61,774 nucleotides of DNA, filler included, from Bdellovibrionota bacterium (GCA_963169515.1; 5 parts of 5 records of this genome joined end to end with filler, not necessarily neighbours in it), one strand, 5' to 3'. Numbered from the whole stretch's first letter, positions 1 to 10,487 are shown. Notes: generated by a model from the sequence alone, not told the origin. Numbers and translations are program-made.

Positions 1-87
1 AAAGCAGAGCATTTGGAAAAGGCTCGTGTGTATACGTCTGAAAATTTTCAAGCTCTAAGTTATTTGAGAGGGGGAAGATTTTCTTAA
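1..87 (+). CDS. 3' end of an unidentified ORF truncated by the window edge
   Basis: Frame 1 is open from base 1 to TAA at 85-87, and the stop overlaps the next ATG (TAATG coupling). Confidence 0.4.
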   Translation, partial: KAEHLEKARVYTSENFQALSYLRGGRFS

Positions 88-338
88 TGCCGACTTTACT
101 CAGAAAAAATGGATTTAGGTTTTTCTTTTATTCAAACGAGGATGAAGGGCCTCCCCACGTTCATGTTATTGGCCGTGGGGGAGAGGCAAAGATATGGCTG
201 AATCCTATTGAAATTTCAAGGGCTTATAATTTATCACGGCGGGATCAGTTGGAAATTTTGAAAATTACTCGAGAGAATGTTAAACTCCTTACTGATGGTT
301 GGAAGGAATGGCATGAGCCACGCAATACGAAAAAGTGA
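87..338 (+). CDS. DUF4160 family protein (predicted toxin-antitoxin module component)
   Basis: MPT..GFRFFFYSNE..PPHVHV..EAKIWL signature; 83 aa; overlaps the downstream DUF2442 gene. Confidence 0.85.
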   Translation: MPTLLRKNGFRFFFYSNEDEGPPHVHVIGRGGEAKIWLNPIEISRAYNLSRRDQLEILKITRENVKLLTDGWKEWHEPRNTKK

Positions 339-558
339 TGTGCTCGCAATAGTTTTATTTGCCGTAAGTAAAAACAAACTAACGGCAACCATTAGCGACG
401 GAAGGGTGATCTCAGTGCCTCTTTCGTGGTTTCCGCGTTTGGCAAATGCCAGACCACATCAACTTCAAAGTTTTGAAATTTCTCCGGGCGGTTATGGCGT
501 ACACTGGCCTGATCTGGATGAAGATATAAGTATCAAATCATTTTTAGAAGGATTTTAG
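313..558 (+). CDS. DUF2442 family protein (partner of DUF4160)
   Basis: DGRVISVPLSWFPRL..GVHWPDLDEDIS signature; ATG at 313 preceded by GGAAGGA. Confidence 0.85.
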   Translation: MSHAIRKSDVLAIVLFAVSKNKLTATISDGRVISVPLSWFPRLANARPHQLQSFEISPGGYGVHWPDLDEDISIKSFLEGF

Positions 559-707
559 TCCAAACAACGGCCAAAAGAAACTGACTTTGTAACGCACCCC
601 CTCGTCTCCGGAGAAGTCTTGAATGTGGACTCCATTCCTACGCCCGCAGTCCAGACTTCACATTGAACTGACTGGCGATGAGTTTGAGCTGTACGTAGGA
701 ACGGATA

Positions 708-720
708 AAAACTGGCCCAC
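708..720 (+). repeat. Dispersed motif AAAACTGGCCCAC, copy 1
   Basis: Identical 13-mer at 11122(+), 12211-12223(-) and 31248-31260(-). Confidence 0.8.
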
Positions 721-822
721 TTGAAGAATAATAAATTAATGAGTCCCATTTTTGAAAAAAATTCGCTTCCAAGGGTGAGAATCAAATTTCCCCTGAAAGC
801 GAATTCGCAGATCCATAGTTAA

Positions 823-852
823 AAAATTGATCCGCTTAAGCGGATCAATTTT
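823..852. terminator. Bidirectional intrinsic terminator (perfect 30-bp palindrome) at the lexA 3' end
   Basis: AAAATTGATCCGCTTAAGCGGATCAATTTT with A/T tracts on both sides. Confidence 0.8.
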
Positions 853-1447
853 ATTTTCGAGCCTCAGCGCGGAAACGGCGAATGAGGCCAACAACAACGC
901 CCTCTATCTTAAAAGAATTTGAAGCGACAATAATAGGCTTAAAATCAGGATTAGCCGGACGTAACTCAACATATTCCCGGTGCTTGTAGAATCGTTTAAT
1001 AGTGGCCTCGTTATCGACGAGTGCCACAACAGTCTGCCCATTTTGAGCTGAGGATTGTTTTTTAATAATGACATAGTCTCCATCGTACACCCCATCGTCT
1101 TTCATGGATTGACCTGTGACTTCTAAAACAAAACAGTCCCCATGGGGGCGCAAGTATGATGGAATTTCGACGAGCTCAGGGGTTTCGATGGCTTCGATGG
1201 GTAGACCGGCAGCCACCTTGCCCAATAAGGGAAGCATCTTGGTTGAGGGTATGGGTTTGAGGGTCCGCTTCCCATTCCAGTCGCTTTTGACCAGTCCCTG
1301 GTCTTTCAAGCGGACTAAATAGTTTTGGACAGTTCCTAAAGAGTTGAAACCAAAATGTTCGGCAATTTCCCTTAGCGTGGGTGAAACCCCTTTCCGCTCT
1401 AATTGTTCATTTATAAAGTCTAATACTTTTTTCTGTTTCGGAGTCAT
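851..1447 (-). CDS. lexA: LexA SOS repressor
   Basis: N-terminal wHTH (PTLREIAEHFG), VAAG cleavage site, GQSM catalytic Ser and TIKR catalytic Lys; start MTPKQ at 1447. Confidence 0.95.
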   Translation of the reverse strand: MTPKQKKVLDFINEQLERKGVSPTLREIAEHFGFNSLGTVQNYLVRLKDQGLVKSDWNGKRTLKPIPSTKMLPLLGKVAAGLPIEAIETPELVEIPSYLRPHGDCFVLEVTGQSMKDDGVYDGDYVIIKKQSSAQNGQTVVALVDNEATIKRFYKHREYVELRPANPDFKPIIVASNSFKIEGVVVGLIRRFRAEARK

Positions 1448-1453
1448 ACAATC

Positions 1454-1482
1454 ACAATATGCGTAAGTTCTGCGTAAGTCAA
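1454..1482 (-). promoter_or_regulatory. Sigma70-type lexA promoter with direct-repeat operator candidate
   Basis: Minus strand TTGACT-N17-TATTGT-N6-ATG; ACTTACGCA repeated twice at 11-bp period across the -35 and spacer. Confidence 0.65.
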
Positions 1483-1619
1483 TACACAAATAAAATTGAC
1501 CGCACCTGACCTGCGATCAGCGCACGGAGTCTTGGGGTTAAGTTCTTGAATTCAGACAAATTCTTCATTGAGTCCAGAATACTGTGCAATAGGCTTTGCC
1601 GTCGTCATTGGAGGTTTTT

Positions 1620-1871
1620 ATGGATAGTGAAAATATGAATATGAATAATATTGAACGTGCAGTTCGATTCATTTTCGGATTTGCGATTTTTTTTGTGGGA
1701 CTTGTTATCGATTCTGTCTGGGGGTTTGCAGGATTCTTGTTAGTTTTCTCGGGTCTTTTTGGTTACGACCCAATCTATGCAATACTAAAAATTGATACGC
1801 GAAAAACGCGCGCAAAGATACGTCGACAAGCGGGGCGACCTAAAACGCCGGTCACATCCGCCGGTACTTAG
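1620..1871 (+). CDS. DUF2892 (YgaP-like) small membrane protein
   Basis: NMNNIERAVR..two TM helices..GYDPIYAILKIDT; GGAGG RBS. Confidence 0.8.
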   Translation: MDSENMNMNNIERAVRFIFGFAIFFVGLVIDSVWGFAGFLLVFSGLFGYDPIYAILKIDTRKTRAKIRRQAGRPKTPVTSAGT

Positions 1872-3513
1872 GGCCACTGCCACCTTCTCGAGGGGTCCAA
1901 CGCGGTCCCAATATGTCGGTTGCTTTGCAATCCACACAATTGGGCGCATTTATGACCAATTTGTCGCCTTGAACTTCGTAGACTCCAGCCGGACACATGT
2001 GCTGATACATTTCGGCGACCTCTTTTGAAACGTCTTTGCCAACCGTCAGGTGGCTTGGAATGTCGTCACGAGTTTTGTTTCCAGATAAATAAACGGCGTC
2101 AACTTTGCTTACGCCCTTGTGTGGATACGATAGCTTTTTATTAACGTCTTTTTTGTCAGCCGCGTCTTCTTCAGAGTGGGTGTATCCACCAAATAATGTT
2201 CCACCAGAAATTTGCATTAAGCTGGCTTTAATGCCTGCGGAGTAAAATCCTTTTTTGAAAGCCAAGCGCATATTTCGCGTGTATTTCAGATCGTCATAAA
2301 TATAACTTGATTTTACTTTGTCATCGTAAGCGGAAATTTTTGACAAATCGTTGGCTTTGATTGCATCAAAAATAGAACGTGCGGCTAAGATTCCTGCCTT
2401 CATAGCATAGTGAATTCCTTTAAGTGCGGGAACATTCACCATTCCGACACAATCGCCAGCAAATAAAATTCCATTTCCGTGAAGTTTTTCTGGCAATGCA
2501 TACAACCCGCCCTCGGGAATTGTTTTTGCCCCCCATTCAACTAATTCACCACCCTCAAGATATTTTTTAAACAATGGATGTTGCTTCATCTGTTGAAGCA
2601 ACTGATGGACATCTAGATTTGCCTCTTTATAGTCCAATCCCACAACCAACCCAAGTGCGACTAAATTATCCGCCATTGGGTACATAAAACTTCCGCCAAA
2701 GGCAGTTGTTGGCAGCGGCCAGCCCAGAGTATGAATAACATTTTTGGGAGCTTCCTTTGTCTCCCAAATTTCTTTCACGCCCAAGGCATAAATTTGTGGA
2801 TTTTGAGACTTCACATTTTGCCACTGCAAATAGCTTTGTGTGAGGTTTCCGCGAGTGCCTTCGGTTAATACGGTGACTTTTGCAGAGATATCAGTTGGGG
2901 GCATAAATTGCGGTCCCGGGCTGCCGTCGCGGTTTAGGCCTGTAGCGGTTGTGCGGACGCCCAAGATTTGATTGCCATCAACCAAAAGCGACTGAGCGGG
3001 GAATCCTGTAATGATATTAACCCCCAATTCGGTTGCTTTATCGCCCATCCAGCGAACGACTTCACAGATGGACCCAACATAATTGCCATGGTTATGCATT
3101 GTTGGTGGAGTCGGTAACCGAAGCGCCCCTGTTTGGGACATATAATAAACGGCATCACCTTGAACCGCCTTTCGAAGTGGGAACTGTGATGCATCCATTT
3201 CGGGAAATAACTCTTTCAGTGCAATAGGATTTATTACGGCACCAGACAAACAGTGTTCGCCTACATTTTGAGCTTTTTCTAAAACGCCAATTTCAAGTTG
3301 TATGTTTTCTTTTTTACAGAGTTTGACGAGTTCGATAGCACCGGCTAGTCCGGCGGGGCCTGCGCCAACAAAAACAACGTCGAGAGGGACGCTATCGGAA
3401 GATGGTTTTTCATTTATGATATGAACTTTTGTATCCAGCGGCGGTTGAAATTTTATAGGGAGAATTTCGGTAGAATTGTTTGGCGTTACGTTTATATTTG
3501 ACGGTGTTTGCAT
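1852..3513 (-). CDS. Electron transfer flavoprotein-ubiquinone oxidoreductase
   Basis: GAGPAG FAD motif, HCLSGAV, GVKEIW, C-terminal CPAGVYE/NCVDCKA..WTPREGGSGPKY Fe-S region. Confidence 0.92.
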   Translation of the reverse strand: MQTPSNINVTPNNSTEILPIKFQPPLDTKVHIINEKPSSDSVPLDVVFVGAGPAGLAGAIELVKLCKKENIQLEIGVLEKAQNVGEHCLSGAVINPIALKELFPEMDASQFPLRKAVQGDAVYYMSQTGALRLPTPPTMHNHGNYVGSICEVVRWMGDKATELGVNIITGFPAQSLLVDGNQILGVRTTATGLNRDGSPGPQFMPPTDISAKVTVLTEGTRGNLTQSYLQWQNVKSQNPQIYALGVKEIWETKEAPKNVIHTLGWPLPTTAFGGSFMYPMADNLVALGLVVGLDYKEANLDVHQLLQQMKQHPLFKKYLEGGELVEWGAKTIPEGGLYALPEKLHGNGILFAGDCVGMVNVPALKGIHYAMKAGILAARSIFDAIKANDLSKISAYDDKVKSSYIYDDLKYTRNMRLAFKKGFYSAGIKASLMQISGGTLFGGYTHSEEDAADKKDVNKKLSYPHKGVSKVDAVYLSGNKTRDDIPSHLTVGKDVSKEVAEMYQHMCPAGVYEVQGDKLVINAPNCVDCKATDILGPRWTPREGGSGPKYRRM

Positions 3514-3710
3514 AGCTTGAAAATATTCCAATTCCCAATGCGAATCAAAGACAACTTGATGGAGAAATGAGAACCTTTTTTGTCTGCACCGTTTAGGTCT
3601 TTGACAACCCAGTGGACATTATAATAGGTGCGGGGAGTGTGGTTGATAACTTAACCCAGAATGGCTTTGAAATATAAGTAAATACAGCTGGTTACGCCAC
3701 ATAGCTCAAC

Positions 3711-3726
3711 TGGCGTTTTAATTGCA
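3711..3726 (+). promoter_or_regulatory. Sigma54 (-24/-12) promoter candidate for the PLD gene
   Basis: TGGCGTTTTAATTGCA = GG-N10-GC, 60 bp upstream of the ATG. Confidence 0.55.
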
Positions 3727-3785
3727 CCCTATGGCGCTTGTAAAAGTTTAATTTTTTTAACCCTTTGCTCCTTCAGGAGAGATCC

Positions 3786-5101
3786 ATGAAAAAGTTTTTT
3801 AAAACCACTATTCTTGTGGCCCTGTTTGCAACTACTACGGTTGCGGGTATTAAAAAAGATGCCCCAATCGACATCAACGCTTCACTCAACAAGTATGCTT
3901 CAGCAAATCTAACGGGTGCGTATTCAAATGCCCGCATCGTTATCGATAACGATGAATCGTTTCGACAAAAAATCGAAATGATCCGTAAGGCAACAAAATC
4001 AATCGATATGATGTACTATATCTACGCGACGGACCAGAGTGCCTCTCTATTCACCAAAGAAATTGTAGCGGCTGCAAAGCGTGGTGTTCGCGTCAATCTA
4101 CTTTTAGATTATTTCATGAACTATAAAAATTTAGATCTATTTAATTGGATGAGGGCCCAATCGCCATTGATTGACATTCGTCTGTATGGCCGTCCGACAG
4201 AGGCAATTATCAAAGATGCTATTTATATGACCACGCCGTGCCCAAAAGCTATGGCTGAAAATAAATGCGCTGAACCAACAGGAATAGAAAATGCTTACGC
4301 AGTGATGACCCCGCAAGAGCGTGCACAAATATTAGACCAACGCCACTGCGCTAAGGATTTTGACGTGGCTTGTACAAACGAAAAGCTTGCGACAGTAGAT
4401 GCAATCATTAAAAAGGCAAAAGCGAATCATGAAACGATGTTGTCGTTTGCACCAACACAAATGATCCCGACAAAAGATCCTAAGATACAATTTCCAATTA
4501 GCGCGGGTTTATTGCTTTCGGGTATGTATGCGAAGAATCCTAAATTTATGGGCGCGGTGATGGCCTTAACACAGGCAATTGACAAAGAAGCTCAAATTGA
4601 TTGGGCGCAGGGGTTCAGTGCGGATGACAGAGCGAAGCTTAAAAAGTTTTTTAAACTCTATTGGGGTTACAAAACTGGCGATAACATGGGGATTAAACTT
4701 TATTTCGAAGCAAAAAATGACGTGGACGTGATTGAACCTGTGTTTACCCGCTTGGACCGTTACGTTCCAACCCAAAACGCGGGTCCGCTTCCGGAAGATA
4801 AGGTACGCCGCAACCAGGACTGGGATTACATTACAGATTATCTTCACCACAAAATCATCTTAGTTGACGGCAAGGCTGCAATGGTTGGTGGCCGTAACAT
4901 TGAAAACTCTTACAACATGACCGTTAATGATGCGAAATATGTTTTCATGGATACAGAATTAGCTCTAGATACTAAAGGCTCTGGTATGAAGGACGCGTAT
5001 ACCAAGATGTTCGATTTCTATCCTCTTGTCGCGCGACTTGATGAGGTGAACAAATTAATGCCGATTGACGGTCTTGTGAATTTTTATGCTGGTGCAAAAT
5101 C
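3786..5101 (+). CDS. Secreted phospholipase D / cardiolipin synthase-like protein (3' truncated by gap)
   Basis: Signal peptide, AAKRGVRVNLLLD, HKD motif HHKIILVD followed by GGRN. Confidence 0.85.
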
Positions 5102-5201
5102 NNNNNNNNNNNNNNNNNNNNNNNNNNNNNNNNNNNNNNNNNNNNTTAATTAATTAANNNNNNNNNNNNNNNNNNNNNNNNNNNNNNNNNNNNNNNNNNN
5201 N
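5102..5201. other. Artificial contig-joining spacer
   Basis: N run, TTAATTAATTAA (stops in six frames), N run. Confidence 0.98.
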
Positions 5202-5584
5202 TCAATTTGTGCCCATGCTTTTAACTTTGAATAAGGAGCTAAAATCCATTGAATAGGTTGTCTAAATGTAAACTCTGCAACAGGCTCTAAGCATGCAATA
5301 AAAATAGTTCCCTCATTTTCCAGAATGGGGATCGTATATTTGGGAAAATCATTTCGGTATCGGTTAATAAATTCTAAGTTTGGAGGCTGGCTGAAAAAGG
5401 TCGCTTTGAGCGTGGGAAGTTTATAATGATTTTTTGCCCAGGTAATGTATAAATCTTCATTTATCAATCCAGCTTCAATGCACGCATGCAAAAAGGAGGC
5501 CCCTGCAGGCAAAGCAGCGCGAACGGATTCGAGCTTATCTGGTTGGATTTTGAAGTGAATTGCCCATGGAAGATTAGTATTCAT
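5202..5584 (-). CDS. GspE/PilB N-terminal (T2SSE_N)-like domain protein, truncated
   Basis: GLINEDLYITWAKNHYKLP..IPILENEGTIFIACLEP resembles the N1 domain; runs into the gap. Confidence 0.5.
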
Positions 5585-5592
5585 CAGTTAAT

Positions 5593-5620
5593 TTTTCGGC
5601 ACATTAACAAAATGTTTTGA
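5593..5620 (-). promoter_or_regulatory. Possible sigma28 (FliA)-type promoter
   Basis: Minus strand (T)CAAA-N15-GCCGAAAA just upstream of the ATG at 5584. Confidence 0.35.
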
Positions 5621-5771
5621 GCATTATTGCTGTTATAAAAAAAATTAATTCCCATCCAAAGATCTAGCCTGGGGCTAGAGTGACACCAAAGTTGGAAAAA
5701 GATACCGATAATTTTAAGCCTGGACCATTGTTTTGTACGCGAGCGAGTAAGAGCTCTATTTTAACGGCATC

Positions 5772-6713
5772 TTGCGTGTTCTCAACAGTTGGCTCGGAAA
5801 TTGTAATACTAAAGTTGGGGAGGGGAAGGCTATGGGACAAGGGGAATCCCGCTGTCAGATAGAGAGAATAAATGCTGATAAATTGTATCTATTGATTTCA
5901 CTCTTTATATTTTTATGTCTCATGTTGATGGAGCCAGCTAGGGCCCAACAAGTAAGTTCGACCTCTGCGGCAGAATTTCCGATAAAAGATGAATTTAAAA
6001 TATTAAAAATAAAATTGATCGGTTTCTTATCTACAAATTTGTACGATGACACGAGCTCACTTAAAGCATCTTCAATGGATCTTTGGATTTTACCAGAAGT
6101 CAATTTTAGAAACGGATCAAATATTTCTCTTACCGCGATTTTGAGCCGGGACATTTCAGAAGAGCATAGGACAAAATTTTCTACTACTCGCGTAGAATAT
6201 ACTTTGAACACATTTGAAAACAAATGGCTCAAGGCAAGCCTGGTCCCAGCGCTTATATTGCCGACAGACTATGTTTTGTATGAAACGGATTCTTTACGTG
6301 GGGGCATCGGCATGACAGTGCCAATAACATTTAAGCTTCCAATGAAGAATTTAGTATTTTCATATAAACCGCGGTTTACAAAAAATATACACGAATTCAA
6401 TGTGAACGCGAATTTTAATTCAAATATCGAGTACTCGATTCGGCATCAAGTTCAAATTGCTTATAATTTGACAGAAAGAATTGAACTGGGTTTCGTGAAT
6501 AACTTTGTCCAGGGCTGGACCTATCGGGGAACAGCAAAACAGAGTTTTACATTTGAGCAGTCAATTTCCTATGCAGCCAGTAAGAATTTATCATTGGAGT
6601 TAGACCACTCAAATGAAGGGCCTGCAAAAAAACAAGGTGGGGCAGGGTCGAATGTTGAAGTTTTTAATGAGCATACATCACAAATTTCTTTTGGTGTTGG
6701 GTACGCGTTCTAG
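5772..6713 (+). CDS. Outer-membrane beta-barrel protein (true start probably near 5883)
   Basis: Signal-like hydrophobic stretch, amphipathic beta strands, C-terminal ISFGVGYAF beta-signal. Confidence 0.65.
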   Translation: MRVLNSWLGNCNTKVGEGKAMGQGESRCQIERINADKLYLLISLFIFLCLMLMEPARAQQVSSTSAAEFPIKDEFKILKIKLIGFLSTNLYDDTSSLKASSMDLWILPEVNFRNGSNISLTAILSRDISEEHRTKFSTTRVEYTLNTFENKWLKASLVPALILPTDYVLYETDSLRGGIGMTVPITFKLPMKNLVFSYKPRFTKNIHEFNVNANFNSNIEYSIRHQVQIAYNLTERIELGFVNNFVQGWTYRGTAKQSFTFEQSISYAASKNLSLELDHSNEGPAKKQGGAGSNVEVFNEHTSQISFGVGYAF

Positions 6714-6734
6714 AAGACTATTAAGGGGGACGTT

Positions 6735-9700
6735 ATGAAGAAAATTATTTTTAAAATAGGACTGGCAACCATCGCACTTATGGCGACAGCGTGTACAAAG
6801 GATGCGCCTTTTAAAAGGCTTCCAAAAAGCCAGCAGTTGGTCGATTTGAATCAACTGGACGCACTTAAGGAAAGCGAATTCCAAAAATTATCACAAAAAT
6901 TAAATGCTGAAACCGTTGTGAAAGACGATTGGTTGGCAGTGACATCATACGGGAAAAGCTCTCGGTCGAGTAGCGAAGCTCGATCGTTTTGGATGGGTTC
7001 AGAAAACCTGGTTCGATTTGTTAAAACAAAGGACGCGCTTATTTTAACAACAATCGAGGAAGATACTCGCTTTCAAGGAAATCCGACGAACCATCGACCG
7101 ATCTTAAGCATTCCTGCACGATATGTTGAATACCGTTGCAGCGCAGATGCTTTTGGCGAATGTACGAATCAAGAAGAGGAAAATAATGATATCCCTTGGC
7201 AAGATCGTCACATGGCAGAACTTGACTTTGGAAAGGCTGAATTTTTATCCCAAGAGGTTTTGCCATTAGAAATAAAGAATCTATTTGATGGCTGCTTTTC
7301 AGAGATTCAATCGAATCTTACAGGTTTAACACTCGAAGCGGGTGCGCTGAATATACAGCTTGAAAAAACAATCAAAGTTTCGCGCATAAGCCCAGACTGC
7401 CTGGGGAAGGCACATGGAATTGGGATTGAAGATTTGTCATTTAGGGTTCAATACACCCATTCGATCGTAAAAATGGATAGGTTAATATCAAAAGACTTTG
7501 AGCGTGTTTTTTACCCAGCTGGCGACGAATACACGTTTGGTTTCTTCAACACAACTGTTAATAAGCTGGCGATTGATAATCGAGATGTTCAAAATGGGAC
7601 TGTTTCTTACTTGAATCGTTGGAATCCAGCAAGAAAACACATTGCTTACAATTTATCTGATGAGTTTTTCAAACCTGAAAACAAAAAGATTCTGGATGCA
7701 ACATACATGGCTATTAATCATATAAATACAGCATTAAACAAAGCGGGATCCAATCTGGGAATCGATTTATCAGGCGAGCAGGGAAAGAATCCGAATGATC
7801 TTCGCAATAACACGATAGTTATGGTTGAAGATCCAGCGAACAGCGGTGTGATTGGTTACGGTCCATCGGTTGCAAATCCGCGTACAGGGGAAATTGTTCA
7901 TGCTCGCACTGTGATGTATCTTGGTGTCATCAAGCAATTGGCGTATCGCGGTTACGAAGAAGTTCGCCGTCAAATTTTAGAGGAAAAGACCAACGGTTCT
8001 GAGCTTGGGGGTGATGTAGAGCCAGTCGAGGCTTCGAGCGGCAAGGCGCTTCGAAATAATGAACTTTCAAAGTCAAAAGTTCTTGATGGTTTTGAGAGCA
8101 TTGTAAGGAAGCACAAAAGCACGGAGAATCTTACATTTAATTTTGATAAATACATGAGCGAGCACCTAGAATTTGTTAAGTCACAAGAAAAGGTAGCTTT
8201 TGGTAATATTAAAAAAACCTCTGCGGTCAAAGATCTGGTGACCTATAAGACAGATGCAAAGCGGGCGCTTTCCTTGTCTGATAAACTTCGCTTGGGTTAT
8301 AAGACTAACATTCAAGATGATGAACAAAGTGCAGTGATCGAAGAACAATTAAAAAAGGATTGGTCCAAGGACTGTTTATATGATGGCACAATAGCCTCAT
8401 TGAGTATTATTCGTAAAATTCTAAAAGAACGGGAAGAAATTCCGCGTCCGTGGGCACAATTATCTGATGATGAAAAGCAAGAGATAATGGATATGGTTGT
8501 GCCAGAGATCTGGATTACTACGCTGGTTCATGAATTGGGCCACAACTTAGGGCTTCGTCATAATTTTGCAGGCTCTGAAGATAAAGATAACTTTTACTCG
8601 GTTGAAGAGCTTGCAAATTTGGGCATTACCGATGAGCAAATACCGTATTCGTCTATGATGGAATACACATACCGTACGGTTGGGGCATTGCCGACGCTGG
8701 GTAAGTACGATATTGCCGCACTTCAATTTGGATACGGTCGGAAAATTGACCTCGCAAATGGACAAACAGCAGAGTTTATAAAAATAAAAGACGGAAATGG
8801 AAGATTTGTTCCGGGCATTCGAATTGGCGATAGTGAAATTAAAGTTTCAAGTGAACGAGAGCAAACGGTTGCCTTTCTTGAGGCGAATAACATTGCATTG
8901 AAGCCGTTTAAATTTTGCACTGACGAAATGGTTGGTGCAAACCCAGGGTGCAAAGTGTTTGACGAAGGTTCGACATTTTCAGAAATTGCACTCCACTTGA
9001 TTAAAACATACGAGGATTTCTATCGCATCCGTTATCAACGTAATGATCGAAGAGAATATTCTTTAATTGATGAAAACTTGCGGGCCAGTCGTACTGCGGA
9101 TCTTATGATGGATATGAGGATGTTTTTTGAAACAGTTGAACGGATTGAAAATATGTTTGGTCTTGAGCTTGACAATACCCTTTGGACCTCAAATCCTTTT
9201 TTGGCGGATCTCAGGGTGGCGGCGGACATTGCGGGTCGATTCCTTGCTAAAGTTATGTTAACGCCGGATGTGCACTGTGCGATCAGTTTAAAATCAGATC
9301 CTAAGAAGGTTGTGGATGTATTCCAGCTTAAAGATGTGAATCCACAGTGGCTGTCATGCTTTGATCAAGAGGTGAAAGAGCTTGTTAAATCTGTTGGTGA
9401 GAATCAAGATGAACCAATCGATTTAATTGTTTCTGGACAAGGAGGAAAATCCTTCCAATCTATGCGTGATATAAACAATCCTGATTCGAGAATCGATCAA
9501 ATTGATACGCAAGGTATATGGGCCGACAAATTGATTGCACAAGAAATGCTACTGGGCCGTGAAATGGGATTACTAAATTCAGATAAATACCAAGGAAATT
9601 TTTTGAATCTGCCAGAGTTGCGCCGAGATATTATCGGTACACTGGCTGGAATTGTGAATGGCGAGGTTACGGTTCCGATTGACTTTAGAAACGAATGGGG

Positions 9701-10346
9701 AATTGTTCAGCCTTACAAGGCAGTAGATAAAGAAACTAAAAAAGAGGTTCTTACCAAAGCGCTTCCCGTTAAGTTTTCTTTGGCTAAAGCGGATCACATT
9801 ATACAAAGACCGATCATGAGGGGGTTTGGTAAAGCGTTGGGTCTCCCGGATATGCAAACGAACTACAGGACTCAAGTGCTTGCGTCTTTTCATAAGCAGA
9901 TGGAAAGTATTAATGATGCAACGACAGCAGAAAATCTACTCAAGGTGTTCAGTGTTGTCCGCGCCCTTCCAAATGATAGATTAGATCCAGCAGATGGTTA
10001 TTTGACAGCAAAAGTATTAACGAAGCGATTTGCATCAAAGCCTGAGAATGGAATTGCGCATGGAATTCTTGTCGATGTTCGCGTGGGACAAATATTGAAA
10101 ACAATTAAATCGGCTGATTTATTGTCACTGCTACAGAGTCTTGAGCCTATTGAGGAAACGCATGCTGAATACGTATCACGAGCTGCTGAATTGTTCCACA
10201 AAATTGACAATGCAAATGCGGGAGAGCAACTGCCAACGGCGATTCAAATAGCCCGGGAACTTGGGTTTGATGCAATTCTAGATTTTGCATCTGGTGATTT
10301 AATTTCAGAAGAAAGAGCGTATGAGATATTTCAACACTTACTTTAG
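6735..10346 (+). CDS. Large zinc-dependent metalloprotease lipoprotein (metzincin, DUF4953/EcxA-like)
   Basis: Lipobox ATAC, NPRTGEI motif, HELGHNLGLRH zinc motif, SSMMEY Met-turn. Confidence 0.85.
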   Translation: MKKIIFKIGLATIALMATACTKDAPFKRLPKSQQLVDLNQLDALKESEFQKLSQKLNAETVVKDDWLAVTSYGKSSRSSSEARSFWMGSENLVRFVKTKDALILTTIEEDTRFQGNPTNHRPILSIPARYVEYRCSADAFGECTNQEEENNDIPWQDRHMAELDFGKAEFLSQEVLPLEIKNLFDGCFSEIQSNLTGLTLEAGALNIQLEKTIKVSRISPDCLGKAHGIGIEDLSFRVQYTHSIVKMDRLISKDFERVFYPAGDEYTFGFFNTTVNKLAIDNRDVQNGTVSYLNRWNPARKHIAYNLSDEFFKPENKKILDATYMAINHINTALNKAGSNLGIDLSGEQGKNPNDLRNNTIVMVEDPANSGVIGYGPSVANPRTGEIVHARTVMYLGVIKQLAYRGYEEVRRQILEEKTNGSELGGDVEPVEASSGKALRNNELSKSKVLDGFESIVRKHKSTENLTFNFDKYMSEHLEFVKSQEKVAFGNIKKTSAVKDLVTYKTDAKRALSLSDKLRLGYKTNIQDDEQSAVIEEQLKKDWSKDCLYDGTIASLSIIRKILKEREEIPRPWAQLSDDEKQEIMDMVVPEIWITTLVHELGHNLGLRHNFAGSEDKDNFYSVEELANLGITDEQIPYSSMMEYTYRTVGALPTLGKYDIAALQFGYGRKIDLANGQTAEFIKIKDGNGRFVPGIRIGDSEIKVSSEREQTVAFLEANNIALKPFKFCTDEMVGANPGCKVFDEGSTFSEIALHLIKTYEDFYRIRYQRNDRREYSLIDENLRASRTADLMMDMRMFFETVERIENMFGLELDNTLWTSNPFLADLRVAADIAGRFLAKVMLTPDVHCAISLKSDPKKVVDVFQLKDVNPQWLSCFDQEVKELVKSVGENQDEPIDLIVSGQGGKSFQSMRDINNPDSRIDQIDTQGIWADKLIAQEMLLGREMGLLNSDKYQGNFLNLPELRRDIIGTLAGIVNGEVTVPIDFRNEWGIVQPYKAVDKETKKEVLTKALPVKFSLAKADHIIQRPIMRGFGKALGLPDMQTNYRTQVLASFHKQMESINDATTAENLLKVFSVVRALPNDRLDPADGYLTAKVLTKRFASKPENGIAHGILVDVRVGQILKTIKSADLLSLLQSLEPIEETHAEYVSRAAELFHKIDNANAGEQLPTAIQIARELGFDAILDFASGDLISEERAYEIFQHLL

Positions 10347-10407
10347 ACTTGGATAATATCTGTGATCCTAGAATAAATAGGCAAGGGGTCTAGGGTCATA
10401 AGATGTT

Positions 10408-10448
10408 GGGGGGAGGCGAAAAGCGTGGCTTGCGCCCCCTTCTTTTTT
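10408..10448 (+). terminator. Probable intrinsic terminator
   Basis: GGGGG..GCG / CGCCCCC imperfect stem followed by a T tract. Confidence 0.55.
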
Positions 10449-10487
10449 ATTCTTGAGATTCACTATATTTAGAGTTCAAATAAAAAT

